A stretch of 52,153 bases of DNA. Source: Girardia tigrina. Lineage: Eukaryota. The notes under the pieces were generated by a model. That model did no database searches, was not told the DNA's origin, and saw only the letters and a list, made by a program, of their open reading frames with translations. Numbering within the stretch: position 1 is the first letter of the stretch; the number at the start of each line of letters is the position of its first letter. Position numbers and translations under genes: made by a program. Location of the stretch: NCBI GenBank assembly GCA_001938485.1, contig MQRK01242144.1, positions 34,567 to 86,719 on the forward strand, given 5' to 3'. Shown one piece after another: positions 40,065 to 51,994 of the stretch.

Positions 40065-43000
40065 TAGGTTGGTCGAAAAATAATGGCGGTTTTTGAGCTT
40101 TGTACGTTGTTTATCTACTTTGATATGTATATAAGTTTAAATGCATTAGTGTTAGATATTATTTGAAATCTTATGCCTAGCTGTATATTCCTATAGCCAT
40201 TATTAACATATTGCTGTTATTNNNNNNNNNNNNNNNNNNNNNNNNNNNNNNNNNNNNNNNNNNNNNNNNNNTCCTATAGCCATTATTAACATATTGCTGT
40301 TATTTTTTAGAATATTTACGGTGCTAAATTAATAATGGAAAAAATTAAAAGTCGAGCAATTTTCTTGTACGAATTTAAACTGGGTCGTAAAGCAGCAGAA
40401 ACGGCTCGCAATATCAATAAAGCGTTTGGCAAGGGAACAGATTCCGGCCGCACAATGCAACGATGGTTCCGAAAATTTTTTGATGGAGATGAAAACCTTG
40501 AAAATGAAGAAGGTCGTGGTCGTCCAGTTGCTGTGAACAACGACAATTTGAGGACAATGTTGGAAACAGATCCCCGTACAACAATCAGAGAACTTGCAGA
40601 TGGATTGGGCATTAGTCATTCAACAGTCCTGGATCATTTAAAACAACTTGGAAAAATCAAGAAACTTGATAAATGGGTTCCACATGATTTGAATGAAAAT
40701 CAAAAGAACCGACGCTATGAAATTTGTTCTGCCAATCATCTGCGCAATAAAAAACGATCCATTTCTTGATCGTATTGTTACCTGTAATGATAAATGGATC
40801 CTGTATGATAACCGACGTCGATCTGCACAGTGGTTGGACAAAGGTGAAGTACCGAAACACTTTCCAAAACCGAAGGTTATGATGACAGTTTAGTGGTGTA
40901 ATGCTGGGAATCATCCCCTATAGTTTCTTGAACCCAGGTGAAACAATCACAGGGGAGAGGTACTGTCATAAAATTGATGAAATGCATAAAAAATTGAAAA
41001 CCCTTTGTCCGGGATAGGTCAATCGAAAAAGTCCCATCCTTCTTCATGATAACGCTAGACCTCATATTTCAAAAGTGACTCTTCAAAAGCTTAATGAATT
41101 GGGCTATGAAACCGTGCATCATCCACCATATTCACCAGACCTCTCGCCAACGGACTTTTACTTTTTCAGGCATTTGTACAACTTCCTACGTGAAATAATT
41201 TTCAAAAACCAAAATGATGCTCAAAATGCCTTCCAAAATTCGTCGCTTCGAGAACCGATGCATTTTATGCTGATGGAATAAAACAACTTGTTTCTTGATG
41301 GAATAAAACAAAACAATAAAACAATAAAAAATGTATTGATGCCAACGGTTCATACTTTGATTAATAAACTTTTGTTTCTGTGAGTAAGCACGTCTTTGAA
41401 GTTTGTGTCCNNNNNNNNNNNNNNNNNNNNNNNNNNNNNNNNNNNNNNNNNNNNNNNNNNNNNNNNNNATATATATATATATATATATATATATAGTATA
41501 TTACAAAAAAGCAATTAATGAATGAGACATTCGATCTTCTTAAGCAATAAGTCATTGAAGTTTTGCAAGTTAAGTAATTAATATAATTTCTTTATATTTA
41601 AACAATATTTCTTTATTTATTTTTTTAATGCATTCCTTAAGAAAGATAAATTCGATAGTAAGACAACATTTTGATGTTATTTTAATTAATTAAGACTGCC
41701 AAATATCCAGAATTCATTGAACAAATCTGACAGTCTGTATATAGAAGAGGAATTTCCAAAATTATTTTACTGTTTTTACCATTAAAAAGAAGAGAAATTT
41801 GGTATGGAAAAATAATTTTTGAAATATAAACTAATATAGAGAGTGTATAGATGGTTGATATAATCAAATGATAAATACCAATTAACATATGTCTGTTGCT
41901 ATTTGATTTATCAAAACAAGAAAGTATTTTACATTATATTTACCAGATTACCTGAAGTGGTAAATTGTTGGTAGTGGGTTTATATTATATATTTTCAATA
42001 AAAATGGGTTTTGATATATATAAAATAAATAAATAAATATTAATGGCTTCACTCGTTACAGAGTCTTTGAAACTGACCAATTCTTTAAAAATTTTAAACA
42101 GTACCTTTTTCTGTAGTTTTCTCCATGATAATGATATAAAATGTACAAATAAATGAATTAATAGACAGAATAATTAATTAATATTTGATTTTTATTGCTT
42201 TACAGAAAGTAAAAATGACTGATAAAAATCCTTTGATATTTGTATTAGTAACATTGTAGGAGGTCATTTAAATTTTTCATTATTTTCATATGATTATTCT
42301 TAATTTTAATGGTCCTTGTTGGAAATTTTTCGGTGCTGAAATAAACTTTTGACAAAAACAAAATATTATAATATTAAAATATGATAATGTGTAAAGACGT
42401 AATGCGCAAAAACTGTTTTCTATAAATATTTTTTATAAAAAAATAATCAGTTGCAATTTTATGTTGTTTATGATTATCAAACTAACCCAACCAACTATTT
42501 TCATATAACAAAACTGTTTAACTTAATAGGAAAATTTCTAAGTAATTATTAAAATATAACCTAATATATTCGACTTCAATGTCCATAATAGTATACATTA
42601 CTGTGGAAATATGGGTTCTTATTATTTTGAAAAATAATTCCTACAATCTGTGAGGTATATTTTAGAATGGTGTTTAGTGTAAGTTGCGTTTGTTATGTTG
42701 TTTTAGGATCGTGTTTCTCCCACCCAGATGGAAGATTGATATTTTGAATGTTGTAAAACGTCGGATTATTTGTACAATTTAAAAATGTAAATAACGACTT
42801 TAAAATTAAATTAATTATTTATTATATCATATTTATCTTATTATTAAAATATTTTTTAAAAATAATTAAAATTATTTTGTAATCAATATTGTAAATTAAA
42901 TTGAAATTGAAATATCTTTGAATAATAAGACGTAGAGAAATAGAATTAGAAGTATTAAAAGAAATAACACAATAGAATTAAAATTGTAATGGAGCTAATT

Positions 43001-46000
43001 CGAGTTACGACATTATTAAATGTATTGAAAATCCAAAATTGTTTTCTAAATACAATCGAATACAAAAAAAATTGTAACTCTTTTGTTCAAACAGCGTTGA
43101 GGTTTCAATTATCTTGCTTTTATATTGGTAGTCATGTACTTCACCTGATCTAATAGATTTAATTCTGATCCAACGAAGAAAAGTTTGAGTTCTTGAATCA
43201 TTTATTGAACTAATCTTTTCTTTTATTTATTCATAGATTAAAACATTTATTTGTCCGTATACATAAAGAAAAATAATCAAATTAAACGGTGATCATTCTC
43301 AGTCTAAATTCTCGCAGTACAATCAAATAGAAATTGTGTTTTTTTTTGAAAATTTCATCAAGAAAGAAATAATTTTTGTAGGAATTTGATCTAAACTTCA
43401 TTAAAAAGTGCGCGTTTTGAAGATTAAGTAAGGTATTAAGTATGTCTCGTCGTCGTTTCCCAAACTCTTTACAAACTGCTTAAAAAAGATATCTGATTTT
43501 TTTCGATCGATAACAAAGTTGACAGATTTTTCTTTCAGTAGGATGGTGTGACATAAAATAGGACACAATGCTTACCGAATTTCATATCACGACATTTTTA
43601 AAAAAGAATCATTGTTCTGTATCGGAAAAGATTAGCAGATTGTGGAATACATTGGGTTCCTCATTATCTGAATGGCATCATGTTTTTACTGTTGTCTCTG
43701 TAAAAAAATTGTTTAGAAATGTTCGAAGAATCATTTCTGACATGAAAAAAAATTGATATCGATCGAAAAAAATCAGATATCTTTTTTAAGCAGTTTGTAA
43801 AGAGTTTGGGAAACGACGACGAGACATACTTAATACCTTACTTAATCTTCAAAACGCGCACTTTTTAATGAAGTTTAGATCAAATTCCTACAAAAATTAT
43901 TTCTTTCTTGATGAAATTTTCAAAAAAAAACACAATTTCTATTTGATTGTACTGCGAGAATTTAGACTGAGAATGATCACCGTTTAATTTGATTATTTTT
44001 CTTTATGTATACGGACAAATAAATGTTTTAATCTATGAATAAATAAAAGAAAAGATTAGTTCAATAAATGATTCAAGAACTCAAACTTTTCTTCGTTGGA
44101 TCAGAATTAGATCTATTAGATCAAGTGAAGTACATGACTACCAATATAAAAGCAAGATAATTGAAATTTCAATTATTTATTCCTTTTTAATTGTTTGGCG
44201 ATTAGCGTTTTTATTATTTTAACTAAAATATCACAATAACATAACAATTAGCAATAAGAAACCCCAATGCTTATCTTTATTCAAATAAGGAACCGAGTTG
44301 TGGTGAGCAGCACTGCTTGATCGTGTGAGGCATCGCCGATCGAAAAGATAGCTCAAGCACTCCGTGAACGTCACGTTTCGGTTTGACCATGTGGTAACAG
44401 TTTGAATATGGATACGACACTCATTCTCGAAACAGCCGGCAAGAGTTACCCGTTCATTCGAGTGATGCGGTGAAAGGTCCAATTTGATCGATCGTATCAG
44501 CACTTCAATGGCATTGTTCACAAATCACCAGTTATACGGGAAAAAAAGAAAATGTGATTGTGCACCAATTAACATTTATTGATAAAAAATTACATATCAA
44601 ACATTTTATCAAACATCGATTCTTGTTTTTTAAAAGTTCGCAATTTATTTTGTGTTTATTTAAACACTAGATTTAATTTTGATCACAAATTTTCCGTTTA
44701 ATTAATTTTGTTTTTATTAAAATTTTTTTATCATTGCCACTCTGAATCACCACTTATTTATTGATTTAATCTTTTGTTTGACTTTAATTTTAAATATAAT
44801 TCATTTTTATTTGAAGTACATCGAATTCTGTTTGATATGATTCCCTCATAAAGCTTTGTTTTTCTCTATATTTCTCGTTATCTCACATTTTAATATAATA
44901 CAAACGGAAATAGGAAAAATCAGTGGAATCCCGCGGAAAAAGAATTTGCATGATCAACAATTATTTATTAAAATTAAAAATTGTAAAATGAAAGAAAACA
45001 AACTAATTTATTTTAAATTGCGATAATAATTTAAAATCCATGTTAACAAATTTGGTTTGACATTTTATTTAAAAAATTGCATTTTTTTCAAATTGTAATT
45101 TATTTGGGCACTTTTACAATTATTAAGGGCCCTGGATATTTAAATCACAATTTCGGAAAACAAGAATTTTCAAATAAAAAAAATAAGTAGTAAGATTTTT
45201 TATAAATTTATTTATTTATTTATATTTATTTTACAGTTAATGTATCTCCGTTTACTTCGATTTTCATAAGAGATGTCGGAAAATTATTTTTAATGTGATG
45301 ACAATATTCTTTAAAATTAGAATAACTTATTAAGCTTGATAGCAAGTTCTGTCTCTTAGATTAATTTATTAATATATATTCACTTAATAAATTTCATAAT
45401 GTCATTATAATTTGTAAACATATGTATTAAACTATTAAAGGTCGACTAAGATATTCGCAAAAGACAGAGAAACTGAGTTATGAAAAAATAAATTTCACTG
45501 CAATGGACAACTTATCTTCTGTTCATTTTGTAATAAGACTGTTGATCATGTGTAATACCAAACCATCACAGATCATCTCAGCAGCACCAAGCATGAAGAA
45601 GCTATGCTGAAATGTTAGACAAAAGCTTCTTCGGGTTGGCAAGCTAAGAGGTAGGGTACGGTGCGGCTTTATTTGAACACCAAGTCACTGCTAAAGCTCG
45701 GTGAGATGAAGCAACTCATGATTTTCTAGACATACTTGTACGCGCTAACATCCCTAATGAAAGGCCGATCATCCTACGGTCCGCAACTATTATCCACACA
45801 TGTAAAAGGGTGAGGTGATGTTCCTAAATATGATTCTTTACGCCTTCACCATCTACCTGCCTTGGTGGAGGAGCATAATACAAAGCGACGTAGCACACTG
45901 ATGCATCGTAACGCATTCCTTGGCATTATCATCGATGAAACGAAAGATCTCCAAAATCGCCCCGTTTTTAAAATTCTTTTTCCAGGTAATGTGCCTCGCA

Positions 46001-49000
46001 GATCAACTTACTGACGGCTTTGATGAACTGTCCGCACCACTGCTTGTTAAAATGGGTTACATTGAAAATGTAAACCACGTAAGTGTATTTTAGGATCTAA
46101 TTCAGTGCTGCAGCGATTTTCAAATTAATTTTTATAATTTGTTGTTATATGTATCTTTCAGTGCCATGTACTTTGTCAAAGTATGGAAGGATATTCTCTC
46201 TTTGCAGAGGATTAACTTCAATACATGCACTGTCATGCACTCATTATATCTCTTGCTGGTAACGTAATGCGAATGACAATGCCTGACGTCGATCGTTGCG
46301 TCTCATAATTAAAGTCCTGCCTCATTAAAGCACTGTCTCGCCAAAATCGCTTTCTTCGGCATCAATAATCATGTACAGTTGATTTACATGCTCTTCTTTC
46401 GGAATCTTTTTAACGCAGTGAAACACTGGGTTTCAGACAGTCCTTTACCAAGTATCTTTCATTTCGCATTATGCTGCCTTCATTAGCAAGGAGCGGGAGG
46501 AAGAAGACATTGCATCTTTGTTGGAATTATCGTATCTTCTTTCAAAAACTGTTCAAAATCGTGTACCCAATCTTGCTGCACGTGCTGTTTTAATTTTATG
46601 AGCTTTAAAATTTCATTGTAATTTGAAAACAAAATGTTGTTTGATTAAATTGATTATTTAATAAGGAGAAGCAGTAGAAAATTTGTTAGAATTCTGTTTA
46701 TAATAAAAATTACTATTGCTCTTTTAATGGATTCAAATATTGCTGTAACTAATAATATTTTTTTTAATTTTTATTCACGGTACATTACGTTATACTGTTG
46801 TATAGATTAATATTTTAAAAAATCTTTATGAATATTTATATTTTTTTATATTTTGATTACTTTTCATTTTTAATGTCTTATGAATATTTGTAATATTTAA
46901 TATTAAGTTTTAATTTTATTATTACATATACATATTAAATATAATATTTAAAATTATGAATCAATTGACCTTCTAATTAATATATTATGTCTAGAAAATC
47001 TAAATAATTATAATTCTTCATATATTAATTATTTATTATTGTCAATCAAATTGTTATAAAAGGTTAATGATAATTAATGATTCAAAAGAATAATAGCATT
47101 GATATCTGTAACAAATATCATAACAATAACATAACGAACAAATAAATAATATAATATAATGGTTATAATTTTATTTAAATTCTTCATTTTATTTTAAGAG
47201 AAAAGTATGATTCTTTCATCGTGAAGTCGATTGATGGACATTCCACAGGCATAATATCATTCAAAGATTCCAACATCTTTCACTACTGGAAAGAAGCAAT
47301 CAAATTTAATATAAATGCATTACTGATCAATGCTGTAAGTAATTATTAAAATAGTTTTGATTTTATGAGTATTTAGATAAACAAAATGAATCGGACAATG
47401 CGTGGAGATGAACAGGTGTTGTAAATATATTATTTTTTATTATATACTAGTTTTATTAAGATTCATTATATGGGATGGCTCTTCTGCATTGGTCACACAA
47501 AAATAGAAGGGTCTTATTCTTGTAAAAGATATTATGAATCAGATTATGCTAATATTGAAGACATAAAAAAGGAAAAAGAAATAAAAGTACCAAACTTACA
47601 ACAAGAAAAAACTCAGTGTATATCAAGGTGAGTTATCTCTAGAATTCCGAAAAAAAATATTATGTTAATTGCTTTCAAAGCTAATTTTCAAGAAAAACTT
47701 TTGAGAATGTTTTTATTAATCAGTAATATAAAAACGTTTTTGTAATATAAATTCATCAATAATGATTGAAGGGATTTTTGGAAACTCTTATTTTTTTTAA
47801 ATGTCTATGAAACATTTAAAATTAATATTAAAGTATAAAAAATGTGTTATAAAGTTACAATAATAATAATATTTAAAAAGAAATGTTTTTTTATAAAATT
47901 TAAAGTGATATTTTAATGATATTTTAAAATTAAATAGATATTAAAAACTAATTAAATATAAATACTAAGGAATGTAAAAAATAATGGCAATTGATATCCA
48001 TTATTAAAAGGTGAACGCCATTTTTCACAATTTATTTTCGTAATTAATTTCTGCGGATTACCCGCCATCTTCAGACTAAATTAACACTGGCTTTTTGCAG
48101 CTTATATATGAGAAAGGTGATTATGCAATCAATCATGTAATAAAGGCTCTATTTGAAAATGTTTAACAGAGCAGTTAAGTGTGAAGCTTGAATATTAATT
48201 TTTGGATCCATGGATCTTATTAATAAGGCCTCACGCGTTACTCTCTCCCAATAATTTTTTTTAAATCGATTACACAGAATTTAAAAATTATTGGGAGAGA
48301 GTAACGCGTGAGGCCTTATTAATAAGATCCATTTATTTACTGAGCTTTTGTTTTTTTAAAGTTAAATTAATTTCTTTAATTATGATTTTAATTTTATAAC
48401 TATGATTTTGTTTTGTTAATTTACTTCACTGAAAAGTCGGTCAACCATTAACATTTATCATTTTAAAATATTTATTTATTTATGTCTAAAATATCTTACA
48501 TAGGTAAATTATTTAAAATTAAAAATGAAAGACAAATTTATTTCTGTAAAAAAATATTTAATCTGTAAAGGGAAATCTTTTGATTTTAATCAGAAATCTT
48601 AGATACTTTTGAAGATCTTAGTTTTCGGAAAAAAATATTTTTGTGCTTGTTACCAGAGGAAATATTTTTTATTAAAAAAAAATAATGGATTTTGTATTAT
48701 TTTTTATGGACAATATGTTTGGACATATCAACCGTCATCATCACTGACTAATTTCATAGTTCAACTGTTTTTAAATTCAAAATAATTATTGAACAATCAA
48801 TTGCTTAAGATCGATCTGATCAAAAGTTCTCACTAAAATGGTTTAAGATGTTATTTGAATATTGATCTAAGGACAACGTGACCTGATTGACAATGCTTCA
48901 TATGAAACTCTTTCTCAACTGAAGTTGATGCGCAAAGTTAGTTTGAATTTCATATTATAAATTAAAGAATCATAAGTTTTAGCTTTTATATGTATACAGT

Positions 49001-51453
49001 CAAACTCGGTTATCTCGAATATTCTGATATCTCGAAGGTAATTTTGGCACCAAAAGTTCAGAAAAGATAAAAAGTATATAGAGTCAAACTCGGCTATCTC
49101 GAATTTTTTTCCGCCCCACACGATTCGAGATAACCGAGTTTGACTGCATATATGAATCAAAAATTAAGTCAGTGACCAGATGATGGCAGCTGATCGGTCA
49201 AAATACACTTTCTTAAAAATAGATTTTAAAATTGATGAGCGATGATTTCAAAAGAATTGTTTATTTTTTTTTAAATTTTTATAATATATTTAGAAAACAA
49301 AGATCATTAGAAAATTCTCCTGCTAATAAATGGTGCTACATGTTCGGTAACAGTTTTCATAAACATCCTGAAAAAGCTCAACCTAAATCACAAGTCAATA
49401 ATCATTCCCAAACAGATCTTTCAGAATTATGTCTATCTTCCTCGCGACCCACTCAGTTCTTTCAAGATACAAAATATTCCAAACTAAATAAACCATTATT
49501 TTTGGTCTTGAGAGGCATACACCTATATTTATTTGTCAAACCTCCGGTATAAAAAATTTATTTTTATTTCAAAAAAAATCTTATTTTAAACATGTTTTTT
49601 AGATCTTTCTAGTTGACTGGTTTTCTCCTTCGTTGAAGGCGGTCATTTCAAGGACGATGATAAACCAAAGAAAAATGGTTAGAAATAAATAATTTGCAAT
49701 TGTTGAGTTACCAAAAAATCATTTAATAAATATAAAATAAAACAAAATGTAATCAAAAATATAAATAATTCGAGTTACAAAATATGTCTCTGAAAGTAAA
49801 ACAAAAAGATCTTTTTATTATGTCGTACGGATTATTATTTTCAAGTGGCAAATATAAAAAAAGAATAAAGTTCGTATTTTTTGTCAGAAATTAATCCTAT
49901 AATACAAAAAAATACGTTAGGAATTCCTCGAAATGTAAGAATCAACTAAGTCGAAATCACTAAGCATAATTAAATCAGATACCAAAATTATCAAAATTTT
50001 TTCAATTTAATAAATTCTTATGTTATAAACAGTTTTTTATAAATTTAGTTTTCTAAACAAAAATTTAATATATTTGAAGAAAAAATAAAAAACACAAATT
50101 TATTATCAATTAGCAATTTAACAATTACCCAGAAGACATAATCTAAATTTTAATATTAAAAACCACTGAGTGCAAATGAACCTTAAATTCACTTCTTTAT
50201 GACTAGAAGTTCTACTAAATACATTATAACAAGCAAAAAATCACTGAAATGCTTAATGTCGACCCCCAACCAAGTTAATAGTTCGAGGCAAACCTTCAGC
50301 AGTATGTTCCCGCATATTCGACGTGGTGATAGGAAAAACAAATTATTTTTTCAAATTATATTATTTTTTCACATTACATTTAAATATTAATAATATTTTT
50401 AGTATTAACGAATTGTTAATAAAATATAAAAATATTTTCAAAAACCTTTTTTGAAGTTATATTTCAAAAGTATTTTTAGTATTAACGAATTAATAATAAA
50501 AAATCAACATATTTTTTAAAACATTTATTAAATTTATATTTATAAACAAATTTCGTAATAACTTAATTTTTTTGCTGGCAAATTTCGGTTTTGACATCGC
50601 GCTTTTGTCGTCCGTGCATTTGTCGGTGGGCATTTCGTCGGAGTACTCGTCAATATATGCAATCAAGATTAAAATAATAAAATAATTTTTATTACAAACA
50701 AACTTTCAACTTCATTTTACAAATCAATATACTTATTTTAATTTTTAAATTCTGATTATTTTTTTAAAAAAAAATCAGACTTAAAAGAAATAATATTTAA
50801 TTCGATTTTAATTTCATTTTACTTATTCTAAATAACATCTACTTTTAAACTATAAAAAAATTTTATTCTAAAACATTAAAAAATTCATTTTATTTTAGAT
50901 CTAATAAAAATTATTTAAAGCACAAATTATTATTATCAAAAATAAAATACTTTGTTAAATGATAATTAATTTCAATTATATTAAAAAACTTTAATTAAAA
51001 ATTTAATTTAAAATATTAATAAAAGATTTACATTATGTTTTAAAATTTAATCGTTTTTAAAATAACAAACTCCTCATAAGATATAAATAAATAAAATAAC
51101 AAAATTATTTTTCAAATATTATTAATTAGTTTAATCGATTTTGATAAAATGTTGTTAATTATATAATATTCATTATTTACTATTAATACATATTTATAAT
51201 TCTATAGCAAGCAGCCAGTGTTCAACTCAGCAATTCCTGTTCACATGAAGACGGTTTATCGTCCAAGAATCACGCAATGTCTGATTCAAGTACCTCACAG
51301 ATTTGTACAAAGGACCGAGATATTCATCCCACTCAATTTGTGATTCAAATAGAACAAGTGTTGTTTGATTGTATAGTCGATTGTCCAGCAGACCTTGTAG
51401 AACTTGAAACAGTGTGGGTAAAAGTAAATTACCATGCTGTTTGCCAAATCAAA
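36744..51453 (+). CDS. Gamma-syntrophin-like protein (PH1b and PH2 region), partial spliced CDS. Exons 36744-37018, 47199-47334, 47377-47415, 47461-47627, 49294-49546, 49603-49677, 51208-51453
   Basis: The GT-AG bounded exons join in compatible phases with no stop. Motifs WIVGLRISLQYAYLSVF, DSFIVKSIDGHSTGII..WKEAIKFNINAL, INKMNR..QIHYMGW, PLFLVLRGIHLYLFVKPP, DW and FVIQ..V...ADL match, in order, the recalled SNTG1/2 motifs WCDLRLIPLL, NAFEVIAVDGVCTGIL..WLQAI..NISNL, IKKINR..QIVYMGW, PTFLALRGSCLYKFLAPP and DW. The C-terminal SU domain is not in the window. The direct 37018-47199 join is the least certain. Confidence 0.85.
38309..38531. mobile_element. piggyBac-type MITE
   Basis: TTAA|ctcctttaccgtg ... 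cacggtaaagggg|TTAA, with two subterminal cgagttaactcg palindromes. Confidence 0.85.
38726..39400 (-). mobile_element. Internally deleted decayed mariner (same family as 26.7 kb)
   Basis: Start MEKSEIGIIMKYEFLR, C-terminus VKTAFQECIDSHPPIFYSNSLNRLL..QK.VDNIGLYFD, and TIR-like ttaggtcgtcaa. Confidence 0.75.
40064..41410 (+). mobile_element. Mariner element (cecropia/Hsmar1-like), nearly full length, transposase disrupted
   Basis: Left TIR ttaggttggtcgaaaaataatggcggttttt follows a (TA)n tract. Motifs GRP, WVPHDL, TCNDKW (first catalytic D altered), HDNARPH, HPPYSPDLSPTDF. Frameshifts and stops are present; the right end is in an N gap. Confidence 0.95.
42649..42969 (+). repeat. Probable solo LTR, divergent family member
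   Basis: TGTGAGG...AATAACA termini, flanks caatc/caata (5-bp TSD with one mismatch), conserved ctcccacccagatgg. Confidence 0.55.
43103..44166. repeat. 410-bp near-perfect inverted repeat (43103-43512 / 43757-44166) with a 244-bp spacer, built from decayed PLE-RT-like sequence
   Basis: Only two arm mismatches were seen by eye. The spacer minus strand has GTQCIPQSANLF, like the PLE RT motif GT..AP.YANLF. Confidence 0.9.
44290..44753 (-). repeat. Unclassified GC-richer coding-derived repeat (copy 2)
   Basis: Collinear with 716-1050; shared gattgtgcaccaattaacatttatt and terminal gccactc..aatcaccac. Confidence 0.8.
45480..46590 (+). mobile_element. Decayed hAT-like (CGGBP1-related type) transposase
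   Basis: GC-richer block with GIIIDETKDLQNRPVFKIL, ANIP and HCHAL motifs and many stops. Confidence 0.55.
48030..48332 (-). mobile_element. PLE 3' remnant (family 4) with a 50-bp inverted duplication (48210-48259 / 48283-48332)
   Basis: Minus-strand peptide KNYWERVTREALLIRSMDPKINIQASHLTALLNIFK* (stop at 48149) matches the PLE C-terminus and is followed by a hammerhead. The left boundary is approximate. Confidence 0.8.
48036..48080 (-). ncRNA. Minimal hammerhead ribozyme (PLE family 4), slightly degenerate
   Basis: Minus strand: TTTAGT-CTGAAGA-T-GGCGG-GTAAT-CCGCA-GAAA-TTAA-TT-ACGAAA. ATTAAT palindrome and AUU triplet; mismatches at the base of stem II and in stem I. Confidence 0.7.
48997..49146. 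mobile_element. pogo/Tigger-type MITE
   Basis: Perfect TIR cagtcaaactcggttatctcgaat, TA on the left, and an internal third copy of the TIR motif at about 49082. Confidence 0.85.
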
Positions 51454-51994
51454 GTGAGATCTTTACTTACAAAAATATTACATTTTTGGTTAAATTTTAT
51501 TACTGTATGATTCATAATTGTTTTGTTTTAATAAAGTATTTAAAAAAGTATCACAAAGTCATAAAATATACGAATATTTTAAAATTTAGATTTAATAAAA
51601 TTTAATTTTTATTGAAAACCAAAAACATGTTTTTTAATTTTAAGGAAAATACAATAAAATATTTTACAATGTATTTTTGAAGCCGTTTGCTAATAGAGAG
51701 AACATTGGTATTATCGAAAAAATAAATTTTAGTTTAATGTACATTATACTAATTATCATTTTGAAATGAATTTTGAATTTATTATTATAACTAAGATATT
51801 TTTACACATTCTGATTACCAAAGAAGTAATGAAAGATTAGAAACGAATGACATTATTTTCGCTACAACTGCAAGTTATCTTCATGAAACCAATAAATCAT
51901 TGAATTGAAACATAATTTGTACACGATAATTGTGAGGAATATTTTAAATTGTTTGAATGTGTAAATGTATGGATGCGGTATGTTGATTTAAGTA

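Noticed and set aside
40189-40304. 33-bp direct repeat around an N run
   Set aside because: Typical contig-overlap scaffolding artefact.
40890-41300. In-frame TAG/TGA in transposase suggesting an altered genetic code
   Set aside because: Explained by TGG>TAG and CGA>TGA decay; the host exons translate without stops in the standard code.
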